Part shown: piece after piece, positions 14,025 through 27,753 of the stretch
Layout: each line of letters starts with the position of its first letter
Position numbering within the stretch: position 1 is the first letter of the stretch
Origin: Octopus sinensis
Lineage: Eukaryota
Direction of reading: 5' to 3'
Assembly: GCF_006345805.1 (NCBI RefSeq)
Contig: NW_021830466.1
Span: 1,029 to 65,028, forward strand
DNA: 64,000 nucleotides
Notes under the pieces: generated by a model
The model's database searches: none
What the model was told of the DNA's origin: nothing
Seen by the model: the letters and a program-made list of their open reading frames with translations, nothing else
Made by a program: the position numbers and the translations under genes

Positions 14025-17000
14025 GCAAACACACACACACACACACACACGCAAACACACACACACACACGCACACACACACGCAAACACACACACATAC
14101 ACACACACGCGCGCACACACACACGAGGGGAGTTTTTCCAGTTTCCATCTTGCAAATCCACTCACAAGGCTTTGGTTAGCTTGGGGCCATTGGAAAAGAA
14201 ACTTGCCAAAGGTGCCAAACTATGGGACTGAACCTGAAACGGTGTGGTTGAGAAGTGAATTTCCTAACCACACAGCCATGTCCAGTTTAAAATAATCTAA
14301 TTTAATTCTAATTCATCTGAAATAAATTCATCAAAGTTATATGTTAATTTATGTTCCAAACACCATCTTAATAATAACTTAGAAAGTTTGCTAAATATTT
14401 TATTATTTTAAAAAATTAACTGAAACATTTGCGTCGTATTTCAATAAATGAGTGAACCCTTTTGTTACCAAGCCATCTGACACTCTACCTGGTTCTATGT
14501 TACAAACTTGGGGCTTCTTGCTTTCTCTTAAAGTTCTTTTGTTTTCTGGCGGGTTAAATGCTTAGCTCCAGGATTTTTGGCATTAAGCAGATAAGAAATG
14601 AGCTCAGAGAAATAACAGAGAGTGGCCAGTGGTATGTGTTTGAACAGCAAAGGTGAATAAGGGTATATTAAATAACATAGAAAATAAAATCTTGATTTAT
14701 TGAAATCGTCTCTGCTTGCAGAGAGGGGTAGACTAATTATTTGGTGGCAATTCGTACTAAGTCTAAATGAGAAAGGAAGATAAACTTGTGAATCAAAAAT
14801 CCTCCAAATTTGACATGCCTTATAGGCAAAATCAATCCGAGTTTCTAAAGACAACAGGACAGCTGTAGACATGTGTTTCTGCTTCATAAAGCATCATAAG
14901 CACAACAATTGTCCACCTTAACCTTCAGTGGACGAGACAGATGAAAAAAGAGCGAATATACTTATATATAAACAATAAAGCAAATCTATGATAAAATTAG
15001 AAAATTATAAGAATAGGTGATAGTAGTTCAATATATGCTACTTATGTTTCAGTGGTAGACATTTTATCGATTATTTATGCATTACATCACAGGAGACATC
15101 TGCCACTTCTTCAGGTAATAGAATGCTGAGGTAACAGAAATCGGTTGCGCTTACATTTATACCAGCAAAATCTATTAGAAATGGAACTGTGAAGTACCTT
15201 CTACCTTTTCAAAAATGTTCCAAATTTTGTAATGAATGAGTAGAATATAATTATTTAATTATTTAACTATTACTTAATTTATGCACCTTCAGAGTATTCT
15301 CGTAGTCAGTAACATACTGGAAGTTACCAAGCTAATGATGATGATTGAAGTGGTCTTAACTGACTAGACAGATAAATAAATAAATACTCCAGGAAACATA
15401 ATTGTAAGATAACACGTGTCAAAATGTAAATACCTGTGTAGTCAGGAAAATTTTTAGACATCTTGGTGAATTTTAATTTTCTGATGAAAAGGTCTTCTTT
15501 ATTTAGAAAAAGTATGAAGTTCATATTTTCCAGAAACCTATTTTGGACTACATCACTGAATGCTTGCAAACTGTCCTGCATGCTGTTCTGTAAATAACAA
15601 AATATAAGAATGTAAGTGAATAGAAAAAACAAAACAAAACGGAAAACGTATGGAATCGCGATGTTTGTTTGATTCGTGTAATGACATCACTAACCAAATT
15701 CTAAAAAGACTTTTGGCACTCAACCCTGATCAAGCAGACTTATGATTAAAGGCTTTCCAATCATGACAATCTCGCCTTTTTTTACTCTGGATCAAGGTGG
15801 CTAAGGTCAATAAAAAACTACAAGTGCAGCCACCCCTTTTGTAGGTGAAAACTAGTTCAATCCCCGTTGCCCCCACTCAGGCAAAGCGTATAGGCTAAGG
15901 AGCGAAACACTTGTGACCCCGAGATATCTGTTGACGAAATGGAAGGGGTTTCCAGCACTGCAATGGACCTCTGGATAGCTCTTGCAGTTTCTGCGTGAAG
16001 CAAGATTTCTTTGATGTTTATTTCACCTATCGTATTTTACCTAGGCGTAGGAGTGGCTGTGTGGCAAATAGCTTGCTTACGAACCACATGGTTCCGTGTT
16101 CAGTCCCACTGCGTGGCTCCTTGGGCGAGTGTTTTCTACTATAGCCTTGGGATGACCAAAGCCTTGTGAGTGGATTTGGTAGACGGAAACTGAAAGAAGC
16201 CCATCGTATATATGTGTATATACGTATGTGTGTGTGTGTGTGTGTGTGTATGTTTGTGTGTCTGTGTTTGTTCCCCCAACATCGCTTGACAACTGATGCT
16301 AGTGTGTTTACGTCCCCGTAACTTAGCAGTTGGGCAAAAGAGACCGATCGAATAAGTACTAGGCTTACAAAGAATAAGTCCTGGGGTCGATTTGCTCGAC
16401 TAAAGGCGGTGCTCCAGCATGGCCACAAGTAGAAGAGTAAAAAGAGTATCCAAAGTACCCTTCCATCTTCTTCAAGACGATTGTACGGCTTCACGGGTTG
16501 TAGCATGTAGTGTGTAAATGTGTTTGAGCATGTGTAGTGTGTGTGTGTGTGTGTATGTGAGATGCATGGGAAACGTATGGTAAATGTGCATGTGTGTGTG
16601 AGTGTGTGTGCGTGCGTGCGCGTGAGTGTTTAAACGTATATGAATGTAAGAGTGTGTTTGCGTGTGTGCGGGGGTGAATGGACGTATGTGAGTATATGAG
16701 CGGTTACACAGGCGCGTATTTGAGTGTAAATATGTGTGTGAGTACGTGTGTGTATATGTGTGTGCGTGTGTAGCATGATTCCCGAATGCGCGTATGTACA
16801 CGTACGTGAGAGTTTGAGCGGGTGTGCATGCGTATGTTAGAGTAGATGTATGTGTATGTGCGTGTGTGTGTGTGTGTGTTTGTGAGTGTATGAATGGGTG
16901 TTTGTGTATAAGTATGTATGTATAAGTGTGTGTGTGTTTGTATGTGTATGTGTGTTTGCAGGCAAGCGGGGTGTGTCCAGGCATTACGTCGTGGTACCGC

Positions 17001-17739
17001 GTGATTACTCGAACACTCATATGACTACACGGCTCAATATCCTTAAAAGACAACGCGAGTCTCCAGACATCTTTCGTGGGCAACACCAGACTGATGGGTC
17101 GTTACTTCCAATTTTGGTTAGAACCAAATCTTCTAGCATGCAAACACCAAGAACAAAAATAGAGGTGTGTATGAGAGTGTGTGTGTGGCGGGTGGTGGAG
17201 ATTGATTTAATCCACTACAACAGGCAATCCGTCGGTTACGCCGACAAGTGTTCCGGTTGATCCGACCAATGGAACAGTCTGTTCAGGAAATTAACATGCG
17301 AGTGGCCGAGCACTCCACAGACATGCGTGCCCTTAACATAATTCTCAGGAAAGTTTGCGTGACACAGAATATGACAAGGTTGGCCCTTTGAGAAATACAG
17401 GTGCAACTCAATTTTGCCGGCTAAGTGGACTGGAGCAACGTGAAATAAAGTGTCTTGCTCAACCACACAACGCGTCGCTGGGAATCGAACTCCCGACCTA
17501 CGATCGTGTGCTGAATATCCCCTAACCACAAAGTCACGCGCCGCCACTGCAACTCATAAGAACAATCAAAGAAGAAATCTTAATACAGTTTTATATTTAA
17601 GAGATGAGAAATTATTTACATTATTTACATTTGACAGATATTTGTCCTCATCTTGTTTCAGCTGATATACCCTTCAGCCTTCATCAGGTGTCTTGGGGAA
17701 ATTTCGAACCTGGGTTCTCATTCCTTAGGTATTCTTCGA

Positions 17740-17813
<74 letters not shown>

Positions 17814-20800
17814 TCATAATATTAACATCGAAAAATACCTTAGGACTGAGAACCCAGGTTCGAAATTTCCCAAGGCACCGGATGAAGGCTGGAGGGTATA
17901 TCAGCCGAAACATTGTGTTAACAATAAACAAGATGAGGACCGATATCCATCAAATGTAAATAATGTAAATAAAGAAATCTTAAATTGATACAAAAAGTTT
18001 CTAAAAAGAAAAAGAAAAACGAAAGTAATCCCAGTATAACAATTAAAAAATATGAGGACTGAAAGAATGGCTCACCATAGCAGGCTCTTCTTCAAGAATC
18101 TCATCAAATGCACTGAGAGCTGCAAAGAATATGACGGCACTGACACCTTCAAAGAAAGGGATCCACTTCTTACGCTGACTTTTTTGCCCAGCGACATCGA
18201 TAAACCTAAAAGTGATTCGAAGAAAAAGGAAATAAAAGGAAATTAACAACAAAAAAGGTTATACATAAGGCAAAAGAAAACAAGAAAAATTGTTTATAAC
18301 ATATTTAGTTACATCATCTTACGCGCATTTTATTTACAATGAATAAATACCAGTTATAAGGGACATTTTCATAAATCGATAGCATTGTCAAATCTTCAGA
18401 GAATGCGTAATTCTCATGAGAAATCTTTAAGTATTCACACCAGACAGTCGACAGCGTTGTATTGACTACTACAACGCAATACTGTGCTGCACGTGCAGTA
18501 ACCAATTACATTACAATGCACTGCATTCCAAATTGACATCTGTGGAAGGACGGTAAATATTCTTTGTTGTACCAGTAGTAGTTTAGAGTAAAATACATAA
18601 AAAAAGCAAACACAGGAAAACATCATCATTCATAGGTTTCAAAATATCTATGATGCTGCTTACGTGTTGCTTTCCTCCCAACTCACACACGGCTATAACT
18701 GTTTTTATATTCAGCATTCGGACGGGTTACACACACACACTCACACACACATATGAGAAGAGAGAGGGAGGAGATGCAGTGCCGTTGATTATTGAATATC
18801 TCTTATACAACGACCAGGAAAATATTACAAGAAGCCACCCTATTAACCAAATACAAACACAGGCAGACTGACATGTATCGCATATTAATTTAATAGTCTT
18901 AGATCAATCAGAGATTACCTAAGCCATTAGCAAATAAAATCTCTATCTACGAGTGTTTAAAATCACTCGAGCAAGGGAGATAACTGCAAGGAGATCGAGT
19001 GTTCGACTTTTGACATTATTGGCGCAGGCGTGGATGGGTGGAAAGAAGTTTGTTTCTTAACCACCAAGTTCCGTGTTCAGTCCTATTACGTGACACTTCG
19101 ATAAAAAAAACAAAAAAACTTTCTTCTATAGCCTCGAAAGACAAAAATCTTGTGAGTGGATTTCGCAGAGACGAACGGAAAGAGGGCCACCATGCGTGCG
19201 TGTGTGTGTCTATTTGTGTGTGCGTGTTTGTGTGTATGCGTGTGTATGTGTGTCTTTGTCCCCTACCACTGCTTGGCAACTAGTGTTGGTTGGTTGGTTG
19301 GTTGGTGTACGTCTCTGTAACGTAGCGATTCGGCAAAAGACTCCGATAGAATTAATAAGTACCAGGCTAAAAAGAAAATAAGTACCGATTTGTTCGACTA
19401 AACCAGTGGTCCTCAACTAGGGTCCAAGTGACCCTTTGGGGTCATCCATGCGACCCTTGAAGGGTTCATACAAGATTTTGCCGTCAAAATTCATGTGCTA
19501 TATATTTGCTCTGCTTTTGCAATACATAAAGTGTCATAACAATTTCTTTTTTTTAAATACAATTCCTTAAAAAATTAATCATATAAATATAATAGAGATA
19601 TTTTAAACATCATATGTCTATGAGGGGCCATCTGAGCAAGATAGGAATCAAAGGGGTGGGGACATAGGTAAAAACTAGTTGAAAACCACTGAACTAAATC
19701 CTTCAAGGTGATGCCCCAGCATGAAGGCAGTCCAACGATCGAAACACATAAAAGATAAAAATAACGCGGATTGGGTTGGATATGAACCAGGAAGGACAAC
19801 ATCACTCACCGATAGGATAAGTTGTTTATCGTGAATACAGACTCTTGAACACCGATTGTAGTTTTCCGAATGTGAAGAATATCAGCCAAAGTCGGCATGT
19901 AGTTCTGTTGCATGATACGTTCAATGTTCGAGAGGAAGCTGAAAGTGAAAATGAAAGCAAAAAGAATTGGTGAAAGAATAAGTAAAAGACGACAATGATT
20001 CCACCACCACCACCACCACCACCACCACCACCACCACCACCACCGCAACCACCACCGCAACCACCACCGCAACCACCACCACCACCACATCCACCATCAT
20101 CATCATCTGTATATCCCTGCATGCGACGTTTCTCAATGTCATCTTCCTCCTCCTTCTCCTCATCGCCACATCCCTTCCTCCTTCCCATCCCTTTCTCCTC
20201 TTCCTCCTCCTCTTCCTATTCCTCCTCCCCCTCTACCACTCCCCCTCTAACTCCTCCTCCTCCTCCTCCCAGCATTCCTGTATTCATTATCCTTCTCCCC
20301 TCTTTCCCTCCCCACACTCCTTTTTCCTTCTCCCCTCCTCCACCCCTTCCTCCCATTTCCCCTCTACATCCCCCACCTCCCCCTTCCTCACCGCCCACCT
20401 TCCTCCTCCTCTCCACCTTCCCCTTCGTCCACCTCATCGCCATCATCTCATCTCTGTGTTCATTGTTCCACATCTTCCTTCTTTCCCATCAATACTCCGC
20501 TTCCTCATCCTCCTCTCCCTCATCATGATCGTCATCGTCGTGTTACAACGGAAAATTAGTCATAGGAGTTCGGAGTCGTTTATATTGAGCAACTGGAAAT
20601 GTCTCCAAGGGCATAAACCCTCTGCCCTACCCCAAAGCTCAAATCCACTAACTTTGAACAGTGACGATGAATCTCTAAATGCTGGTGATGTAAAAATTTA
20701 TGTGGCATTTTCCAGGGCGACTTACTATCACCACTCCTCTTTTGTTTAGCCCTAATACCTCTCTCAAAATTACTCAATGACGCACAGTGCGGATATAAAA

Positions 20801-22567
20801 TGTTGGATAAAAATATAAATCATCTCATTTACATGGATGATTTAAAGCTCTTTGCAAAAAATGACCAACAACTCAAGGGCTTACTAACGATTGTTAAACA
20901 ATTCAGCGATGACATCAGAATGCAATTTGGCCTCGATAAATGTGCAAAAGCTACTTTTATCAAAGGAAAAATGACAGAAACATCTAACGTTTACCTCGAC
21001 CAGCAGAATGTCATAAAAGAATTAGGCCCAGCGGAGAGCTTCAAGTACCTAGGGGTAATTGAAGGGGATGGAATAAGGCATTCAGTAATGAAGGAAAGGA
21101 TCAAGAGAGAATGTTATCGCAGAGTAAGAGCAATACTCAAGCCAGAGCTGAATGCGAGAAACAGGATCGAAGCGATGAATGCTTTAGCTATACCAGTCGT
21201 GACTTACAGTTTCAATATCGTTAACTTGTCAATTACTGAAATATGTAATCTTGACAGAAAAATACGAAAACTGTTGACAATGCATAGAATGCACCACCCT
21301 AAGGCAGATATAGAACGACTTTATCTACCAAGAAAAGAGGGAGGCCGTGGACTTTTACAACTGGCAATAACAATGAAGATTGCTACAATTGGCCAAGACA
21401 CCAATCTGAAAAACTCTGAGGACCGGATGTTAAAACTTGTTTCAAAACATGTAAACAAGAAAGCATCATACTCAGTAACAAAACAGGCAAAGGAATATCT
21501 AAGTGAATTCCGAATACAACAAATTTCGAAATTAGACACACAAGAAACAAGCACAGAAAAAGCTAAGCGCATGAAAACCCGTGCTAAAACTGCTGCCTTA
21601 GATATTCTGAATGATAAATGGCAAGAAAAACCTCTAAATGGCAAATACCCAAAGAGAGTGAATAATGCAGATGTTGACAAAGCCCTGACCCATCAATGGC
21701 TAATGGTCTCTGGCTTAAAATCTGAAACAGAAGGATTTATCATAGCAGCTCAAGATCAATGCCTACCTACAAGGAACTACCAGGCCAACATATTAAAGAA
21801 CGGCAGTAGCCCAACATGTCGTGTATGTCAACAACAAAATGAAACTATTGATCATGCCTCCAAGTGCAGTCTTCTAGCGCCTACAGAGTATCCCAACAGA
21901 CATGATAGAGCTGCACAATATATTCACTGGGTCATTTGCAGAAGCCTGGACTTGTCCCATTATAAAAACTGGTGGGAACACAAACCACCTCCAGTGCTTG
22001 AAAATGACCACATCTCACTCCTCTGGAACTTCACTATTCAAACTGACAGAAAGACGCGAATAGGCCAGACATCATAGTAAAAGACTTTAGACAAAAAACA
22101 TGCCTCCTCATTGATATGACTGTCCCAATCGATATAAACTTATCTGTCAAGACCTACCAAAAACTGAACAAATATAAAGATCTGGAGATAGAAATCAGCA
22201 AAATGTGGAACCTGAAGACTAAAACAATACCTGCTGTCATAGGTGCCCTGGGAATGATAGCAAAAGGGTCTGATTGCTACCTAACTCAGATACCAGGAAA
22301 CCCCAAAATGGCAGAAATTCAAAAGATAGTGCTCATGGGAACTGTTCATATCCTACGCAAAATACTTTCTATGTAATCTCAAATTTTAAAACAAACTCAT
22401 AATTTTCGTATGTTTTTTTTAGGCATTCACTAGTACAACACTAAGTACAAAACCAAATATATGGCACCCCAGGCATAACACCAACATGAACTTCCAACTT
22501 GTCTCTTGAGGTCTCTGGGTGAGATTTGGAGCCAGTTTGTGCAAATGTAAAGCAAAAGTCAAACATA

Positions 22568-22625
<58 letters not shown>

Positions 22626-23443
22626 TATTATTATTATTATTTAAGGGGGCGAGCTGGCAGAATGGTTAGCACGCTGAACAAAATTGCTTAGTAGCATTTC
22701 ATCTGTCTTTTTATTCTGAGACTGCTAAGGTCGACTTTGCTTTTCATCTTTTCGAGGTTGATAAAATAAGTACCAGTATTTCAGGCTTTATGTCTAATTT
22801 GATTGAATTCTCTTTCTAGAACAATCTTTGTTACAGTTAACACCCAACTAAATTTAGATTGTTGCTCGGTTGTTCCTTACTATTAATACGTGCAAGGGTT
22901 CCATTATTTTGGCATGCAAGGTTTCCATTATTTTAGCATCTTGTTATAGAAAATCATATCAAGGTGTCATTAGCTTATAACATTTCTATTAACCAAATCC
23001 TGTTCAAATTACTATAAAGCATTTTCCCCGGTTTCTTAACCGTCTGTGCCGTTTAGTTACGCCCTTCGTTTCAGCAAATGATATGATTGCGCTCTTCAGT
23101 AGAATTAATTGCTAGATTTAATGATGAAAACAACTAGAAACATACGACATTGTGGGAATAAGCTTGTAATTTATGACGGAAGACAGAACTGTCGCCGTCA
23201 CAAAGAATTGCTGCCTTTTGAAACGTTTGTATAAGGACACAGATGTCTCTCGAGTTATCAACGAACGGCTACATTACAGTACAATAGTAATTAAACTGAA
23301 GGACATCTCAGCATCTGTGCGCGGAAACAAATTTAATTAGATAGAAAAATCGTTGCCAAGTAAATTAAATCCAGTGACAACAAGTATGTAAGACAACTTC
23401 TTTTGCGATGGCGGTTCATAGTATTTCTTTATCGCTCTGTAAT

Positions 23444-23477
<34 letters not shown>

Positions 23478-26400
23478 GACAGTAAATCATAGTATCTCTC
23501 TTTACGTCTCACTAACTCTCTCTCTTCCTCGATCTTTCACTCCTTCTCTTGTGTTGTAGGTTTAAGAGTGCTATCACATTTACTTATTGAAGATACACAA
23601 GCACACAAGATACATTGTTAAACAATATTGAAGTAGTGCCTCTACAAATTAAGTAATTAATATCGTTTTCTCCCCCACCAAAACCTCTGGTTTCCTTATC
23701 TGGTTTTTACTTAACCTCTTCAGAAGAACGGCTCTCATGACTCTTTTATGGGGATTCTGAAACTGGTAAGATAGATGAGATTGGTAAGATCCTCGGTCTG
23801 AAGACTTGGTTCGAATCCTTACAAAGATTCGAACAGACAGCAAAGTTCTCCATGAGTCAGGTGCTACGAAACCTGGTGATTGGTTAAATCTATGACTCAC
23901 CTCATCAAAAAAAAAAAAAGGAAAAGAAACTAGAAAAGTCCCTTAAAATGAATTCTATACTTTCCGTATACCAAATTTTATTCATAATGTCAAAACGCCC
24001 GCCTAAACTTTATCTAAATCAGGAATGGGCAACCGTTTTCGAGAAGCGGGCCGCGCTACTAAGATAATTCAAGGTGATTTTTGCTTGGGCGTGCCATTCA
24101 GAAAGTCTCGCGGGCCACAGGTTGCTCATGGCTGCTTTAAATGATAGGCTTTGTGACATTGAGAGACAGAAAGAAAAAAATGAACCATTTTTGGTGGTGG
24201 TTGTGGTGGCGGTGGGGGGGGGACGAAGAAGTGACTAAGTGACTTTACCATTCTGATATTTGTAGCATCGGCAACATTGATAGAGTTGTTAATATTTTAT
24301 CAAAGGATCTAATATCCGAGAACCTGTCTCTAAACCCAGAAAATATTTCGAGCTAGAGATGGCCACAAATGGAAAAACTATTGAACGGAGGCGACAAGTT
24401 GAAGTAACAGCGAATGTCTAAAAGGTGGATTTGGCTTAGTGGAAAACGAAACATTTTCAAAGTGAAAAGTATATCTCATGCGAAGTGCTCTTGCATTAAA
24501 TTTATGTAAAATTGTTTCATGGCATGTGTAAAAGCGGAATTTTTGTTGCTTTTGATTTTAAAGTGTATCCAGTAGCCGGTGGGTCGGGAGTTCGGGAGTT
24601 TTGAGGCGTGCGGAACCACTTTTTAATCACTGTTGTTCCCAGATATATTCTAACTGGGACTAGTAGCGCCTATTAGGGTCTCAGCTATGGGTTAACTAAC
24701 AAATTAGGGCTTGCCTGCCTGTGCATGTGAAGACTGGGATTTGTGGACTTTGCAGAAGAAACCTTCATAGTTCAACAGAATGGAAGGTGGCTGCAGCAAT
24801 GCATTGTGAAGTGCAGAGAGCAAGATGGGGCAGGCAAGACATCTTGGTCATTCACTGCATTTGATTCCACCTCCAGTCGTCTTGATCTGGTCTTGCTACT
24901 TGGATTGAAGATGGTCACGGATGAGAGAATGAGGTTGACGGGGTTCAACTCTTCTTTAAACAATGTCACTGAGTAAGTTTTCAGTCTCCTTAGGATGACT
25001 CGATGCTCCGATAGACAAACGTGATGATTACAAAATGTAAGTGGAGATATCGGCAGCATTGCCAGTGTACAGGCAGGGTCCACACTGACGTATCGAATAA
25101 GCACCCCACACTCCGCCTTTTTCTTTTTTTTCAAATATTCCTTCGCGTTTTCAAAAACGGAAATTGTGATTTTGCTAAAAATGGCGCCTTTCTAAAATGT
25201 TTTCATTTCCCTTTACCTTTCAACCTTTTTGATTTTTAAACCTTTTTGAATTATATTAAATGTTATTAATAAGGTGCAGCGCTGACAGAACCGTCAGCAT
25301 ACCGGACAAAGTGCTTAGTGGAATTTCATTCGTCTTTACGTTCTTAGCTCAAATTCCAACGAATTAACTTTGTCTTGCGGCGTCAATGAAATAATTACCA
25401 AGTCAAGTACTGAGGCTGATGTAATCGACTTCCCCCACCCTCAAAAGAAAGTTGCTAGTCCTGTACCACAATGGAAACCACTATGAAAGCAGCGAGTTGG
25501 CAGAACCGTTAGCATGCCGGACAAATTACTTAGAAGCATTTCTTTGCGTTCACAGTACAAATTCCGCTGAGGTCAACTTCGCCTTTCATCTTTTCGGAGT
25601 CAATAAAATAAGCAGCAGTCAAGTACTGGGATCGATGTAATCGATTAAAAACCCCTCCCCTAAAAAAGTTGCAGGTCTTGGATAAAGAGGCAAGCTGGCA
25701 GAATCGGCAGCGCGCCTTTCAGCTTTTCGGCATCGATAAAATAAGTACCAGTTTAGCACTGAGGTCTACGTAACTGACCTATTCCTTTCCCTAAAACCGC
25801 TGGCCTTGTGCCAAAATTTGAAACAATTATTATTATTGTTATTTGATTCTACATTAAAAAGTACAGAGATTACAATTCTGGAAAAAAAATCAATTTCAAC
25901 CTCAAATTTATGGATGCCAGTTACTTAAGGTAACGTTTTGCTTTCATTGTGTGATCATAAACCGAAAGATTGCTGTGCACGCTTTCCTATTAGCGTTACC
26001 TTTGTACATGTCTTAATTCTGTTCAATAACCAAAAGGCCTTCTATTCATACAAATATTTGTATCGTTTATTACCTCCACCTTAGCGAAGGTATTGTTTTC
26101 AAGAACCGTTGGATGGATTCGGATGAAACTTTCAGGCATGTTTGGGTTCGTGACTGGCACGAACTGATTAGATTTGGGGATCGATCCGGTACCGGACAAG
26201 GATTCTGGATTATTTTTCCTGTTTTTTTTTTTTTTTTTTTTTACTTAATTTTTGAGAGCGGTCGGGTTCATTTTTAGTATTCTCATTTGTGAGAGCAGTT
26301 GAGTATATTTCAGATATTCTCATTTTCTGGCTAATCGTTGAGAGGATGTTGGTGTTGCCTTGGCGGAGTTTTGCGCCCTCTGAGTGCTCTTGTTATATAT

Positions 26401-27710
26401 ATTTTTTCGTTACTGTTTCCGCTTTTTGGTTTTACATATTATCCCGTTCTCTTCATAACTCCTCCTTTTACCGTTTGGTCGAGAAACCCCGTTTTCTTGT
26501 ACCTGTATCATTCTGTCCTTCATGTTCGCTCATTTATATTCCTGCAGCTTTTTGTTGCACCAAATTGAACAGTATTATCGACAAAGAATCGAAATTGTGA
26601 TGATTTCTGGTCGATAACTGATGAGGAACAAGCATGTTCACGTCCTTTGTGAGTATTTTTTTAGTGTTTTCTTTCGACGCCCTTCATTGCTACATTTTAC
26701 TATTAATAATAAAATGTAAACAAGGCGGCGAGCTGGCAGAATCGTTAGCACGCCGGGCGAAATGCTTAGCAGTATTTCGTCTGTCACTACGTTCTGAGTT
26801 CAAATTCCGCCGAGGTCGACTTTTCGGGGTCGATTAAATAAGTTCCAGTTACGCACTGGGTCGATGTAATCGACTTAATCCGTTTGTCTGTCCTTGCTTG
26901 TCCTCTTGTGGGCAGTAAAGAAATAGGTATTTTGTCTGTCGTCACGTTCTGAGTTTAAATTCCGCCGGGGTCAACTTTGCCTTTCGAGGTCGATAAATTA
27001 AGTACCTGTTGCGTACTGGGGTCGATCAAATCGACTGGCCCCCACCCCAGAAATTTCGGGCCGTGTGCCTAGAGTAGAAAAGAATAATAAAATGTAAATG
27101 AATAACGTGTTTAGACTTGCATCCCATCTCCAAGCTAACCACTTTTACATGGCCTTCTGTCGACGAATGCACGTGAAGGCTTGGTCAAAAATCTTTTTTT
27201 AGACGATTAGCAATTGCCTACCAATGTTTACAATACCAATGTTTATGCAAGGGAAAGGCTGCCGTCTTGGACCAATACAGCCTGGCACGAGTATCGTTGC
27301 AAAAGCATTGCTGTGAGCACTCAATGAGTCAGAAACAGTGCATGGCATCTCTTCCGGTTGTTCTAATAGTCCTACTAATCTACCGCCTTAGATTTGTACT
27401 TTTTTAAAAATCGATCTCGAAATAATGAAAGGCCAAGTTGATAACGGCATATTTGAATGCCGAACACAAAAACTCGAAACGAGGGGAAAAAAAAATTCGC
27501 GACATTCTATTCAACACTCGAAACTCGGTTGCCTTGTCTAGGGAAATTTAAAAACAATTTAAAAACAAAATTCGAAAGTTCTAAGAAATTTGTATCTTAA
27601 CCACATGATTCCAGGTTCAGTTCTACTGCATGGAACCTTGTCTTCTGTTACAGCCCCAGATCAACCAAAGCTTTATATCAATTTAGTAGATGGAAACTGA
27701 AAGAAGCCCG

Positions 27711-27753
<43 letters not shown>

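Noticed and set aside
14528-14887. 119-aa minus ORF considered as the last G-alpha exon
   Set aside because: No TCA motif in any frame examined; the true terminal exon is 13174-12990.
19995-20528. 177-aa poly-Pro/Ser ORF and its poly-Gly/Trp antisense frames
   Set aside because: (CCA)n/(TCC)n low-complexity intron sequence; only the 129-nt exon 19810-19938 within the antisense frame is real.
26615-26645. CTGATGAG-GAACA-AGCA-TGTTC-ACGTC hammerhead-like remnant
   Set aside because: Lacks GAA (needs a 4-nt deletion to explain) and has no stem I; too degenerate.
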